Sequence record: CM065894.1 | Length of the DNA stretch: 32,000 bases | Reading direction: 5' to 3' (one strand) | In this document: piece after piece, positions 12,651 to 22,510 of the stretch | Numbering within the stretch: the stretch's first letter is position 1 | Layout of the letters: each line of letters begins with the position of its first letter | The notes under the pieces: model-generated | What the model was told of the DNA's origin: nothing | Databases searched by the model: none | Seen by the model: the letters and a program-made list of their open reading frames with translations, nothing else | Made by a program: the position numbers and the translations under genes

Positions 12651-14171
12651 ATGGTTAAAATTCGACCTGATGAAATTACAAGTATTATTCGACAACAAAT
12701 TCAGCAGTATAACAAAGAAGTCAAAGTAGTAAACGTTGGAACTGTTTTTCAAGTAGGGGATGGAATTGCAAGAATTTATGGCCTAGAAAAAGTTATGGCT
12801 GGTGAACTTGTAGAATTTAACGATGGAACTGTTGGAATTGCTTTAAATTTAGAATCTAAAAATGTTGGGGCAGTTCTTATGGGGGAAGGTTTAACAGTTC
12901 AGGAAGGAACATCTGTTAGAGCAACAGGTAAAATTGCCCAAATTCCTGTTGGAGATGGCTATTTAGGACGAGTTGTAAATCCATTGGCACGTGCAATTGA
13001 CGGTAAAGGAGAAATTGCTACTAGTGAAAATAGACTGATTGAATCAGCAGCTCCTGGGATTATTTCGCGTCGCTCAGTTCATGAACCATTACAAACTGGA
13101 TTGGTATCTGTTGATGCTATGATTCCAATTGGTCGTGGTCAACGCGAATTAATTATTGGAGATCGACAAACTGGAAAAACTGCTGTTGCTACAGATACTA
13201 TTTTAAATCAAAAAGGTAAAGACGTTATTTGTGTATATGTTGCTATTGGTCAAAAAGCATCATCTATTGCCCAAGTTGTAAATGTTTTACAAGAACGCGG
13301 GGCTTTAGAATATACAATTATTGTTTCAGCAACAGCTGATTCTCCAGCTACGTTACAATATCTTGCTCCATATACTGGCGCGGCATTGGCTGAATATTTT
13401 ATGTATAAAGGTCGTCATACTTTAGTTATTTATGATGATTTGTCGAAACAAGCGCAAGCATATCGGGAAATGTCTTTATTATTAAGACGTCCTCCAGGAC
13501 GTGAAGCTTATCCTGGTGATGTATTCTATCTACACTCACGATTATTAGAACGAGCAGCAAAATTAAGTGATGAACTAGGTGGTGGTAGTATGACAGCGCT
13601 TCCAATTGTAGAAACACAAGAAGGTGACGTATCAGCTTATATTCCAACAAATGTTATTTCAATTACAGATGGGCAAATTTTTTTATCTGCAGACATCTTT
13701 AATGCAGGTATTCGTCCAGCTATTAATGTTGGTATTTCAGTTTCGCGTGTTGGATCAGCTGCTCAACCAAAAGCTATGAAACAAGTTGCCGGGAAATTAA
13801 AATTAGAATTAGCACAATTTGCAGAACTTGAAGCCTTTTCGCAATTTGCTTCTGATTTAGATCAAGCAACACAAAATCAACTAGCAAGAGGTCAAAGATT
13901 ACGCGAATTGCTTAAACAACAACAAGCGTCTCCACTTTCGGTAAGCGATCAAGTTGCTACTATTTATGCTGGAACAAATGGGTATCTTGATAAAATTCCA
14001 GTAGAACAAGTTCGATCATTTTTAGTTGGTTTACGCGAATATTTATCTAATAGTAAAGCTAAATATGGCGAAATCGTTCAATCTAGTAATGCTTTTAGTG
14101 ATGAAGCTGAAACACTTTTAAAAGAAGCTATCAAAGATTATACTGAAGAATTTTTAGCAAGTATAAAATAA
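12651..14171 (+). CDS. atpA: ATP synthase CF1 alpha subunit
   Basis: 506-aa ORF with Walker A GDRQTGKT and high conservation throughout (e.g. [30 protein letters not shown]). No intron. Confidence 0.98.
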   Translation: MVKIRPDEITSIIRQQIQQYNKEVKVVNVGTVFQVGDGIARIYGLEKVMAGELVEFNDGTVGIALNLESKNVGAVLMGEGLTVQEGTSVRATGKIAQIPVGDGYLGRVVNPLARAIDGKGEIATSENRLIESAAPGIISRRSVHEPLQTGLVSVDAMIPIGRGQRELIIGDRQTGKTAVATDTILNQKGKDVICVYVAIGQKASSIAQVVNVLQERGALEYTIIVSATADSPATLQYLAPYTGAALAEYFMYKGRHTLVIYDDLSKQAQAYREMSLLLRRPPGREAYPGDVFYLHSRLLERAAKLSDELGGGSMTALPIVETQEGDVSAYIPTNVISITDGQIFLSADIFNAGIRPAINVGISVSRVGSAAQPKAMKQVAGKLKLELAQFAELEAFSQFASDLDQATQNQLARGQRLRELLKQQQASPLSVSDQVATIYAGTNGYLDKIPVEQVRSFLVGLREYLSNSKAKYGEIVQSSNAFSDEAETLLKEAIKDYTEEFLASIK

Positions 14172-14194
14172 TTTTTATACTAAGTTGGTTGACT

Positions 14195-14545
14195 TTTTGG
14201 TCGTTAATAAAATTAAACAAAATTTAATTTTATTAACGACTGATGTCTATACAGCAGTATAGACATCAGTCGTGAAACTACCTGTTATAAAAATCAGAGA
14301 TTTTTATTATTTTTCATTACTCAAATCAACTACTTAAAATTTAAAGCAAAGCTTTAAATCTAAGGTTTTGTTAGTCTTGATTTATGGAATCAAGACTAAC
14401 AAAACCCTTTAGCAAACAAGTTTGAATAGAATTCCAACTTATCAGCCTAATGTAGTAAGGTTGGGTTTCTAAAATTTCAGCAAAGCTGAAATCTTAGAAA
14501 CCTTTGATTTGAGCTACGCTCAAATCTTAGAAAAAACCCTCTTAA
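14195..14545. repeat. SDR island immediately downstream of atpA
   Basis: Hairpins at 14199-14240 and 14240-14272, then modules shared with 6445-6540, 16108-16180 and 17856-17940. Confidence 0.9.
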
Positions 14546-14722
14546 GTTAAAAAAATTTAATTAAAAAGCGTAACTTTTTAAAATATTAAAGCTTAATTAT
14601 TAGAAGCAACTACCATCTTAACAGCTATATTTAAAATTTTAGGATATGGTTCTAATTAAAAAAACTTAATTATTTCATTACAAACCTAAGCACAAGCTCA
14701 AAATTTTTTATAGTATATAACA

Positions 14723-14810
14723 AGGAGTAAGAGGGATTCGAACCCTCGGTATAGAATTACTATACACTCGATTAGCAATCGAGCTCTTTCGGCCACTCAG
14801 ACATTACTCC
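14723..14810 (-). tRNA. trnS: tRNA-Ser (anticodon GCU), type II with a long variable arm
   Basis: The reverse complement reads GGAGTAATGTCTGAGTGGCCGAAAGAGCTCGATTGCTAATCGAGTGTATAGTAATTCTATACCGAGGGTTCGAATCCCTCTTACTCC. Anticodon arm is CTCGA-TTGCTAA-TCGAG, variable-arm stem is GTATAG/CTATAC, and T arm is GAGGG-TTCGAAT-CCCTC. Confidence 0.92.
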
Positions 14811-15241
14811 ATTATTCGGAATTAATATTTTAATTTTTAAAATAATATATTTTATAATTATAGCATATGAAAGATAATCTCATAAAAAAATTAAGTATTT
14901 AAAAAGATTTTATTTTTTATTTAGTATAAGTTCCCCTAATTCGAAGTTAAGCTATAAGTAGGTCTATAAAAACCTACCTATAACTGGTTAAAATAAATAT
15001 TTCCAAAAATAACGAACAAGAGTTTCAAAAATAAGCTAGACCAATAAATCACAGCTTTAACCATTTTTATATGGCTAGAGAGACAATCGCTGAAAAATTC
15101 TTTTTTCTGAGATTTTAAGTTTTACTTAAAACCCAAAAGCCCATTCCGAACCCCTATTTTTTCTATAAAAAATTCGGATGAAATTTAAAGTTTCAAATTG
15201 TTTAATTATATTTTGTGTAATTAAATTCACTACTTTGTTTG

Positions 15242-15352
15242 TTAGTTAATTTCTTGTTTTTCAATATATAAGAAAATTGATGCCATTGTAACAGCAGGGA
15301 AAACTAAACCTACAAGTGGCACTAAAATTGAAGGTAAATATGAAGCAGCCAT
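15242..15352 (-). CDS. psaI: Photosystem I subunit VIII (36 aa)
   Basis: Not in the ORF track because it is too short. The reverse-strand translation is [36 protein letters not shown]. The core [19 protein letters not shown] is the conserved PsaI motif. Confidence 0.88.
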   Translation of the reverse strand: MAASYLPSILVPLVGLVFPAVTMASIFLYIEKQEIN

Positions 15353-15595
15353 AAAAAATATTCCTTATTTCAATGTTTAATAATATATAAAAATATATAT
15401 ATTTTTACATATATTTTATATATATTTTTACAATTTAAATTTATTACGTTTTTTTTTGTTACTAACTAATTAGTTAGTAATGAAAATTACTCTTTTATCT
15501 TTTAAGTTAAATTAATAATATATTTCTAATTTAGAAAAGTTCACTAAGCATTTTTTTTAAAAAAAAAATTTCAAAAAAAATTTAGATTAGTAACA

Positions 15596-16326
15596 AAGAA
15601 ACTTTGCAGGTAGCTTGTCTACCTGTAAGGTAGTTGATAAAATCTGTTTCACTGCCAAAGTTTAATTTTATTTACGACAACTTACTTCTAAGATTTCAGG
15701 TATGTAATTGGTTTAATTCTACAAAGTAGACTTAAATTTACAACCTTTTATTAAAAGGTTGTAGGTTTAATTCTACAAAGTAGACTTAAACTTACAACCT
15801 TTTATTAAAAGGTTGTAAGTTTGTACTAGTTGATAAAATGGGTTCCAAGTTTTGTAGCAAAGCCACAAAACCAGGCTTCTAGGAAGCTTAGAACCCATTT
15901 TATTTACAAGCCTTTTTGGTAGAAAAAAAACTTTGTAGCACAGCAACCTGAGAGGGTTTTTTTCTAAGATTTGAACTACGCTCAAATCAAAGGTTTCTAA
16001 AATTTCAGCTTTGCTGAAATTTTAGAAACCCAACCTTACTACGTTAGGTTTTTGTTGGCACGCTTCCAAGTTTTGTGGCAAAGCCACAAAACTTGGAAGT
16101 GCTTACTGATGTCTATACCAAGTATAGACATCAGTGGTGAAACGACTTGTTATAAAAATCAAAGATTTTTATTATTGTTTCATTACTCAAATCCAACCGA
16201 AACCCAAGCATACCACTTTGTTATATGCTTAACAAGGCAAGATTAGTAAAAAACCTTGCTTTGTACTTACCAGGTTTTCCTGTTTATGAAAAAAACTATG
16301 TTTTTTATTTTTATAAACAGGAAAAC
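15596..16326. repeat. SDR island (includes a 54-bp tandem duplication at 15710-15817)
   Basis: Modules shared with 7743-7790, 6358-6440, 12207-12245 (reverse complement), 14243-14315 and 6479-6503 (reverse complement). The terminal hairpin lies at 16275-16326. Confidence 0.9.
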
Positions 16327-16766
16327 GTTAATCACTCATTTAATTATTTACTATAAAATTTTTAAAAAAGCATTATATAGTATATATTATACCATAATAT
16401 AAAACTAATCACTTTATTTTTACAAAATGTAAGTTTTTTATACGAATTTGTCGCAAAGGGAGCATAGTTAAAATTTTAGAGTTTATTTCTAAAATTTGAG
16501 CTATGTTAAAATACAAGGCTTCAGGAAATTTATTAAATTTAAAACAAAACCTTAAGTTTAAATATAGCTCAAGTTTTAGACAAAATTTAGGTAGCTAATT
16601 CAACTATACAAAATATAGTTGAATTAGCTATTTTTCTCAAAGGGTGGGCTGAGCGTACTTACCGAACGGTTTATATAGGTATCAGACAACTTGTTTCATA
16701 GCACAAATTTTTTTTTGTGAATACAGAAAGAAAATGTAAAATTTGTCTAATCTAGTTTACTTTTTA

Positions 16767-16850
16767 GCATCCATGGCAGAGTGGTCGATTGCACCGGACT
16801 CATAATCCGGTTGGTAAAACACATCGTTGGTTCAAATCCAACTGGATGCA
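16767..16850 (+). tRNA. trnI: tRNA with CAU anticodon, trnI(CAU)-like acceptor stem and an enlarged (15-nt) variable region
   Basis: Manual fold. The acceptor GCATCCA/TGGATGC plus discriminator A is identical to plastid trnI-CAU as I recall it. D arm is GCAG-AGTGGTCGA-TTGC. Anticodon arm is CCGGA-CTCATAA-TCCGG. Variable region is TTGGTAAAACACATC. T arm is GTTGG-TTCAAAT-CCAAC. Assignment to Ile(lysidine) rather than Met rests on acceptor-stem similarity only. Confidence 0.75.
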
Positions 16851-17759
16851 TATTATCCCACACTCTTTTATTACGTTTTATTTCAAATTATTTTATAAAA
16901 GATACAAGCTAAGATGCTACTTTTTTTTTTTAAAAAGTAATTGAAACAAATAATTACAAGATTAAATTTGACTTATTCAGCCCATTATTATTTTTTGCGT
17001 ACTAAACAATTTATATTGAAAAATAAAAACATTATTAAAACCTTAATAACCTACTTCATTCACAGCCCCAAATTTTACTTATATTAGTAATAAAAATTAA
17101 TATATCGGATTTGATACCTGTCGATATAGTGAACTAAAATAAAAAAGACCGTAAAATAGCTTTATTTTAGATATCAATTTAATAGTAAAGATTTTACTTA
17201 AGATTTATCAGAATAAAAAACAATTAATAAATTGTGCTTAAAAATTTAGAAAGATAACTTAATCCAAACTCATGTTTTTTTTCAATAAATAAATTAAAAT
17301 TTATTTAGAATACTTAAATTCATTGTTATTAACTACAGTAAGACTAAAAATTAGCTTAGATCAAATTTATTTTGCTTACAATAGTAATATTTTAAAAGTC
17401 CTGGTTAACTACGTGAGTTAAATATTATTTAACAATAAATAACTAAAAATCTAAATTACCGAAAATTTTTTAATAGCTATATATTATGTTTGAACTTTGT
17501 TCAAACCTGACAAACAACTTGTTGTTTGTTTGGAACAACTTCAAATTAATTTTTTTAAAGAAATAATAATAAGATTGAACTTTTACTTGAAGGTTTATTT
17601 TTAAACAAACTTTAAATATAAAATGCAGTTTTTTTTTCTAGAAAAATAAGTTTTTATTAAAAAAACATTTTTTTTTAATTAACTAGCTTGATAAAAAAGA
17701 CTTAGTGAAGATAAGGTTTGAAACTAATTTTTGTATTGAAAATTTTGTTTTTAATAAAC

Positions 17760-18320
17760 CGGGCTTCTAAGATTTCAGTAGTGAAGAAATAATAAAAATC
17801 TTTGATTTTGAGAACAAGTCGCTTCACGGCTGATGAAATAAGCAAACGCTTCACGTATTAAGGTTGGGTTTCTAAGATTTCAGCTTTGCTGAAATCTTAG
17901 AAACCTTTGATTTGAGCTACGCTCAAATCTTAGAAAAAAACTTTGTAAAAAAGTAACCCGAGAGGGTTTTTTATCTACCAAAGGCAATAAAATTGGTTTA
18001 GTTGGGTTTCTAAAATTCCAGCAAAGCTGAAATTTTAAAAACCCAACCTTACTACGTTAGGCTGACAAGTTTAAATTCTATTTAAACTTGTTTGCCAGAG
18101 AAGCTTGTAAATAAAATGGGGTCATAGAACCCATTTTATTTACAAGCTTCTTTGGTAAGCACTTTGTGCCAACCCGTAGGGTTGTAAGTTTGATTCTACT
18201 TTGTAGAATCAAACCAACTACTGTAGTAAACACTTCCAAGTTTTGTGTCAAAGCCACAAAACCAGGCTTCTGTGAAGCATGCTAACAAAGGCAAACTTGT
18301 CGAAGCCGAGTTTTTTCTTA
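17760..18320. repeat. SDR island
   Basis: Modules shared with 14446-14540, 6445-6503 (reverse complement), 9845-9890, 12283-12335 and 19833-19885. Confidence 0.9.
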
Positions 18321-18509
18321 CAAAAAAAAATTAGTAAAATATTACTTTATTTTTTTAAGTTATTATTATTAACAAAAATTTTTTTAAAAGCTTTACTTTT
18401 GTTTTGTAAAAATAAGTTTTAGCAGTGAGTTGATAACTAAACAAGCTGAGGTTTTATTATCAAATCACTATAATTTTAAGATTTGTTTGTAAATTATAGT
18501 GCAAACTAT

Positions 18510-19322
18510 TTATAATAAATTTATATTAAGTTGTTTATATACATCTTGTGGATTACCAAGCTGTGAAATTCGACCTTGTTGAAATAAAACAATTTCATTA
18601 GCTACTTCTAATGCTTCTTGATGATCATGTGTTACAAACATAGTTGTAATAGGTACTTGTTCATGTAAGCGTCTTAACCAATTTCTTAAATCTTTTCGAA
18701 CTTTAATGTCTAATGCGCCAAAAGGCTCATCTAGTAATAATACTTTAGGTTCGATTGCAAGTGCTCGCGCTAGTGCAACTCTTTGCCTTTGTCCTCCAGA
18801 AAGTTGACTTGGGTATCGATCAGCAAATTTTTCTAATTGAATAAGCTGAAGAAGTTGAAATACACGTTTTTTTATCTCTTCTTGTTTATACCGTTGGGGA
18901 GCAAAAGTATTAGTAAGCCAATGAGAAATTTTCAGTTTTGAAGAATTTGACTCTTTTGAATTAGGTTGTGATAAGATTGGTTTATCAGTTATTTTAGTAG
19001 TGAAATGCTGGTTATTTCGAACATCTAAACCGAAGGCAATGTTTTCATATACGGTCATATGCTTGAACAAAGCATAATTTTGAAATACAAAACCAATTTC
19101 GCGCTCTTGAATAGATAAAAACGTAGAATCTCGTCCTGTAAGCCAAATCCGTCCTTGATCAGGTGTATCTAAACCAGCAATAATACGTAATAAAGTAGAT
19201 TTGCCCGATCCCGAGGGGCCAACAAGTGCAACTAATGATCCAGTTTTTATTTCAAGATTTACATGATCGAGTGCTGTAAAATTACCAAATTGTTTTGAAA
19301 GATTTTCTATTAAAATACTCAT
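18510..19322 (-). CDS. cysA: Sulfate ABC transporter ATP-binding subunit
   Basis: 270-aa ORF with Walker [11 protein letters not shown]-loop [12 protein letters not shown] signature [15 protein letters not shown], Walker [12 protein letters not shown] and H-loop FVTHD. The N-terminal region is CysA-like ([32 protein letters not shown]). Confidence 0.9.
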   Translation of the reverse strand: MSILIENLSKQFGNFTALDHVNLEIKTGSLVALVGPSGSGKSTLLRIIAGLDTPDQGRIWLTGRDSTFLSIQEREIGFVFQNYALFKHMTVYENIAFGLDVRNNQHFTTKITDKPILSQPNSKESNSSKLKISHWLTNTFAPQRYKQEEIKKRVFQLLQLIQLEKFADRYPSQLSGGQRQRVALARALAIEPKVLLLDEPFGALDIKVRKDLRNWLRRLHEQVPITTMFVTHDHQEALEVANEIVLFQQGRISQLGNPQDVYKQLNINLL

Positions 19323-19394
19323 AAATTAATTATCTCTCTAGTATTTTTTAAATAAGAAAAAACTTTTAATAAAAAAATAAAGATTATTTTGCTA

Positions 19395-20045
19395 GGTTAA
19401 AAAATTCTTTTATTAAAAAAGCGTAACTTTTTAGGGTTCCGGTTTAACAAAACAAAAACTTTACAAAGTTATAGAAAAAAATACTCTTTTTTCTGTTTTA
19501 TTAAAATTAAAAAAGCATAGGTTCTACAAGTACTAGCAAAGCAAGCCTGAAGCTAGCTTTGCTAGCAAAGGCAAACTTGGCGAAGCTATGCTTTTTTTAA
19601 TAAAAGGTTGTAAGTTTGGTTCTACAAAATCGAATCAAACCAACTACCTTTTGGTAGGCTTTCTAAGACTCCAACAAAGCTGAAATCTAACCGAAACCCA
19701 ACCTTGCTACGTTAGTAGCGAAGCAACCCTTTATTAAAAAAAGCTATGCTTTTTTTAATTAGGTAGCTTCGCTACTGATGAAATAAGCCTGCAGCTTATT
19801 TCATAAGCAAAGGCCAAAGGGGCTTTTATTAGCACTTCCAAGTTTTGTGGCAAAGCCACAAAACCAGGCTTCTGTGAAGCATGCCAGCAAAAACAAATTT
19901 TTAATAAAGGGTTGTAAGTTTAATTTTACTTTATAGAATTAAACCAACTACAAAGTTGGTTTTTCAACCTTGCTAAATAAATTTGTTGATAAATCAACAA
20001 ATTTATCAGGCTCGGCTTTTGCTTCTGAAATAAGCAAAGGTCAAC
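19395..20045. repeat. SDR island filling the cysA-accD spacer
   Basis: Includes the three-module block at 19695-19821, which is the reverse complement of 29578-29705. Also includes hairpin D at 19611-19655, module F at 19833-19885 and palindrome 19968-20012. Confidence 0.9.
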
Positions 20046-20062
20046 CGGTAAGCTAATTCGAT

Positions 20063-21571
20063 TTACATGAAAGATTTATAAAAAAAATTTTTATGCTTTC
20101 CATTTATAAAAGTTTCTACAAAACTTGTTTTTGATTTATTATCTTTACTATTATATAAAATTCTCCATGCAATTGTTTCTTTGATTTGATTTTTTTCTTG
20201 GTCTTCAAGCCAGTTAACAAAAGTTTCTTTTACATTTCGATCTGAAAATATTCCAATTTGCTGATTTGGATTAATACTTGTAGCAGCCTGGTCAGATAAA
20301 GCAAAAAAATCAAACATGCTTTGGAAACAAGTCAAAATATCTCTATATAAAAATTCTGAAGGATTTTTTTTATAAAAAAATTTTAATTTGTCTAAATAAT
20401 CTTTCTCAAAACCTACTCGTAGTTTTTTGTCAAATAAACCGGAACTTTCGGATAAGTTTAAATTCTGACCAAATTCAAATTTATTAGGCAAAATAAGAGT
20501 CGAATCGCCTTGTAGTGAATCGGTCTCAACCATAGTTTCACTACCAGAGTTACTTTTCAACAAAGATACTTCGTCATGAGATCCTGCTTGGGTTATTGTT
20601 TCTTGTTTCCAATCAGCACATTTTCGACGAATTTTTTCTTCAGTAATAAAATTTAGATTTTGTTGTATTCCATGGGGAATAATCCCTGGCCGTTTTAATG
20701 GAGCGTCTTTATATAAAGTAATGGTTTCAAATAATGCTGGCTTAAAAAAAGATCGTGGAATAATTAAGTCCACAAGACCATGGTGGAGTAAATATTCAGC
20801 TGTTTGAAAATCATCAGGTAATTGCTCTTGTAAAGTTTGTTCAATAACCCGTCTTCCAGCAAATCCAATTAACGCTTTTGGTTCAGCAAAAATAAGATCA
20901 CCTAGCATTGCAAAACTAGCTGTTACACCTCCAGTTGTTGGAGAAGTCACAACTGAAATATATAGTAAATTTGCGCAGGATTGGTAAATTTGTAATGCTC
21001 CAGAAATTTTTGCCATTTGCATTAGACTTAAAACACCTTCTTGCATTCTTGCGCCTCCTGATGCGCAAATTAATATAAGTGTTAATCCTTCTTGAGTAGC
21101 ATATTCGATTAAACGGGTGATTTTTTCCCCTACAACTGAACCCATGCTTCCACCCATAAAATAAAAATCCATTACCCCTAAAGCGACAGGAATTCCATCA
21201 AGCATGCCTGTACCAGTTTGAATTGCATCTTGAAGACCAGTTCTAAGCTGTGATTCTTTTAATCGTTCAATATATGCTTTTTGATCCCAAAATTCTAATG
21301 GATCACAAGGCGAAAGCGTTTCATCAAGAGGTCGCCATGTTCCAGGATCAATAAGATGATCAATTCTTTCTGTACTATTCATTTGAAGATGATATCCACA
21401 TCCAAAACAAACTCGGCGATTTTCTTTCAAATGTTTAATATAAAGAATTACTCCGCAATGATCACATCGTGTCCATAATCCTTTACTTCCGTCAGATGCA
21501 GGATGATTATATTTTGGAGCGTTTAGTAGTTTTAATTTTCTTTGATCTTCAATCCAGGCTAAAATAGACAC
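20063..21571 (-). CDS. accD: Acetyl-CoA carboxylase carboxyltransferase beta subunit with a long C-terminal extension
   Basis: Zinc-ribbon [26 protein letters not shown], then the conserved CT-beta core ([32 protein letters not shown] ... [13 protein letters not shown]). The start is placed at GTG 21571-21569 ([12 protein letters not shown]), 9 nt after AGGAGA (21586-21581). The ORF-track start at 21616 is TTG. There is no in-frame ATG before the zinc ribbon. Confidence 0.9.
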   Translation of the reverse strand: MSILAWIEDQRKLKLLNAPKYNHPASDGSKGLWTRCDHCGVILYIKHLKENRRVCFGCGYHLQMNSTERIDHLIDPGTWRPLDETLSPCDPLEFWDQKAYIERLKESQLRTGLQDAIQTGTGMLDGIPVALGVMDFYFMGGSMGSVVGEKITRLIEYATQEGLTLILICASGGARMQEGVLSLMQMAKISGALQIYQSCANLLYISVVTSPTTGGVTASFAMLGDLIFAEPKALIGFAGRRVIEQTLQEQLPDDFQTAEYLLHHGLVDLIIPRSFFKPALFETITLYKDAPLKRPGIIPHGIQQNLNFITEEKIRRKCADWKQETITQAGSHDEVSLLKSNSGSETMVETDSLQGDSTLILPNKFEFGQNLNLSESSGLFDKKLRVGFEKDYLDKLKFFYKKNPSEFLYRDILTCFQSMFDFFALSDQAATSINPNQQIGIFSDRNVKETFVNWLEDQEKNQIKETIAWRILYNSKDNKSKTSFVETFINGKHKNFFYKSFM

Positions 21572-22264
21572 AATATGTAATCTCCTAAAAATAATAAATA
21601 TACAACCAGATAGCAAAAATATTTTTAATATAATTTAATAAAAACTTTAGAAATATTAAAGTTTTCTATTTTCTAGCACAGCTCAAAAAATTGTAAGTTT
21701 AATTATACAAAGTATAATTAAACTTACAACCTAAGATTTTAAACTTTACTTTAAATTTTAGGTTGCTTGTTTCTAAAAGTAACTTAGTATGATACATAGT
21801 ATTAGCAACAAAATAATGTTTTTACTTTTTAAAATTAGACATCAGAAAGTAAATTAATTAAATTTATATTTTTTATACTGTTTACTATACTATATAGTTT
21901 ACATATTAAACTATATAATATACAAATAATTTTTTCTTTGATAAAAAAATTTGGAATTATGAGAGCTAAATTTTTTTGGATTAGTGAACCTTGTCAAATA
22001 AATTTGTTGATTTATCAACAAATTTATCAGGCCAATAGAATAGCTTTTTTCATTTCTGCTAGCAAAACTATGTTTATAAAATGTTTGGTAAGCTCTACAG
22101 TAATACAAGCATTTATAAAGTTTGCACCTAGTACTCTCCGTAGCAAAACAGACTTTTGATAGTGAAAGTAGCAAAAAATACGGCTGTTGGGGTAAGAAAT
22201 AACCATTAGTAAAAAAAGAAGTAACTCTTATTAAAACAAGAAGTTTTTTTTATTAAAAATTTGC

Positions 22265-22510
22265 TTTTGTTGGCACGTTTCCAAATTTTGTGGCTTTGCC
22301 ACAAAATCAGGCTTCTTTGAAGCACAGAAGCCTGGTTTTGTGGCAAAGCCACAAAACTTGGAACCCATTTTAGCAACTAGTTTTTGTTGGCACAAAGTGC
22401 TTACTACAGGCTTGTAAATAAAATGGGTTTTAAAAACCCATTTTATCAACTAGCCTTTGTTGGCACAAAGTGCTTACTGCAGGCTTGCTTTGCTAGTACA
22501 AGTACAAGTT
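22265..22510. repeat. SDR island
   Basis: Composite palindrome 22279-22365 is related to 12373-12466. Hairpin L in empty form lies at 22410-22456. Module gtaagcactttgtgccaacaaagg occurs twice, in opposite orientations. Confidence 0.9.

Noticed and set aside
13426-13650. 74-aa minus-strand ORF
   Set aside because: It is antisense within atpA.
15773-16246. ORFs of 70 aa (15773-15985, minus) and 64 aa (16052-16246, plus)
   Set aside because: Both are composed entirely of dispersed-repeat modules also found in non-coding contexts in both orientations.
16640-16700. Possible group II intron domain V-like or other structured RNA (gggtgggctgagcgtacttaccgaacggtttatataggtatcag)
   Set aside because: It cannot be folded into the 34-nt domain V hairpin. 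Only a tiny accg-aa-cggt hairpin is present, and there are no flanking exon candidates.
16767-16850. Reading the 84-nt CAU tRNA as a type II (Leu/Ser/Tyr-like) tRNA reassigned to AUG
   Set aside because: The acceptor stem and discriminator match trnI-CAU, and the extra 15 nt do not form a real variable-arm stem. An expanded variable loop in a trnI(CAU)-type gene is the more conservative reading.
21572-21616. TTG-initiated 15-codon N-terminal extension of accD
   Set aside because: The GTG at 21571 has an AGGAGA 9 nt upstream and gives an N-terminus starting right at the conserved region. The TTG start cannot be excluded, but it is less well supported.
21911-22174. Overlapping 87-aa (minus) and 73-aa (plus) ORFs
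   Set aside because: They are mutually antisense and AT-rich, contain the 45-bp palindromic repeat, and have no recognisable motifs.
22231-22449. 72-aa minus-strand ORF
   Set aside because: It runs through the composite palindrome 22279-22365 and other repeat modules.
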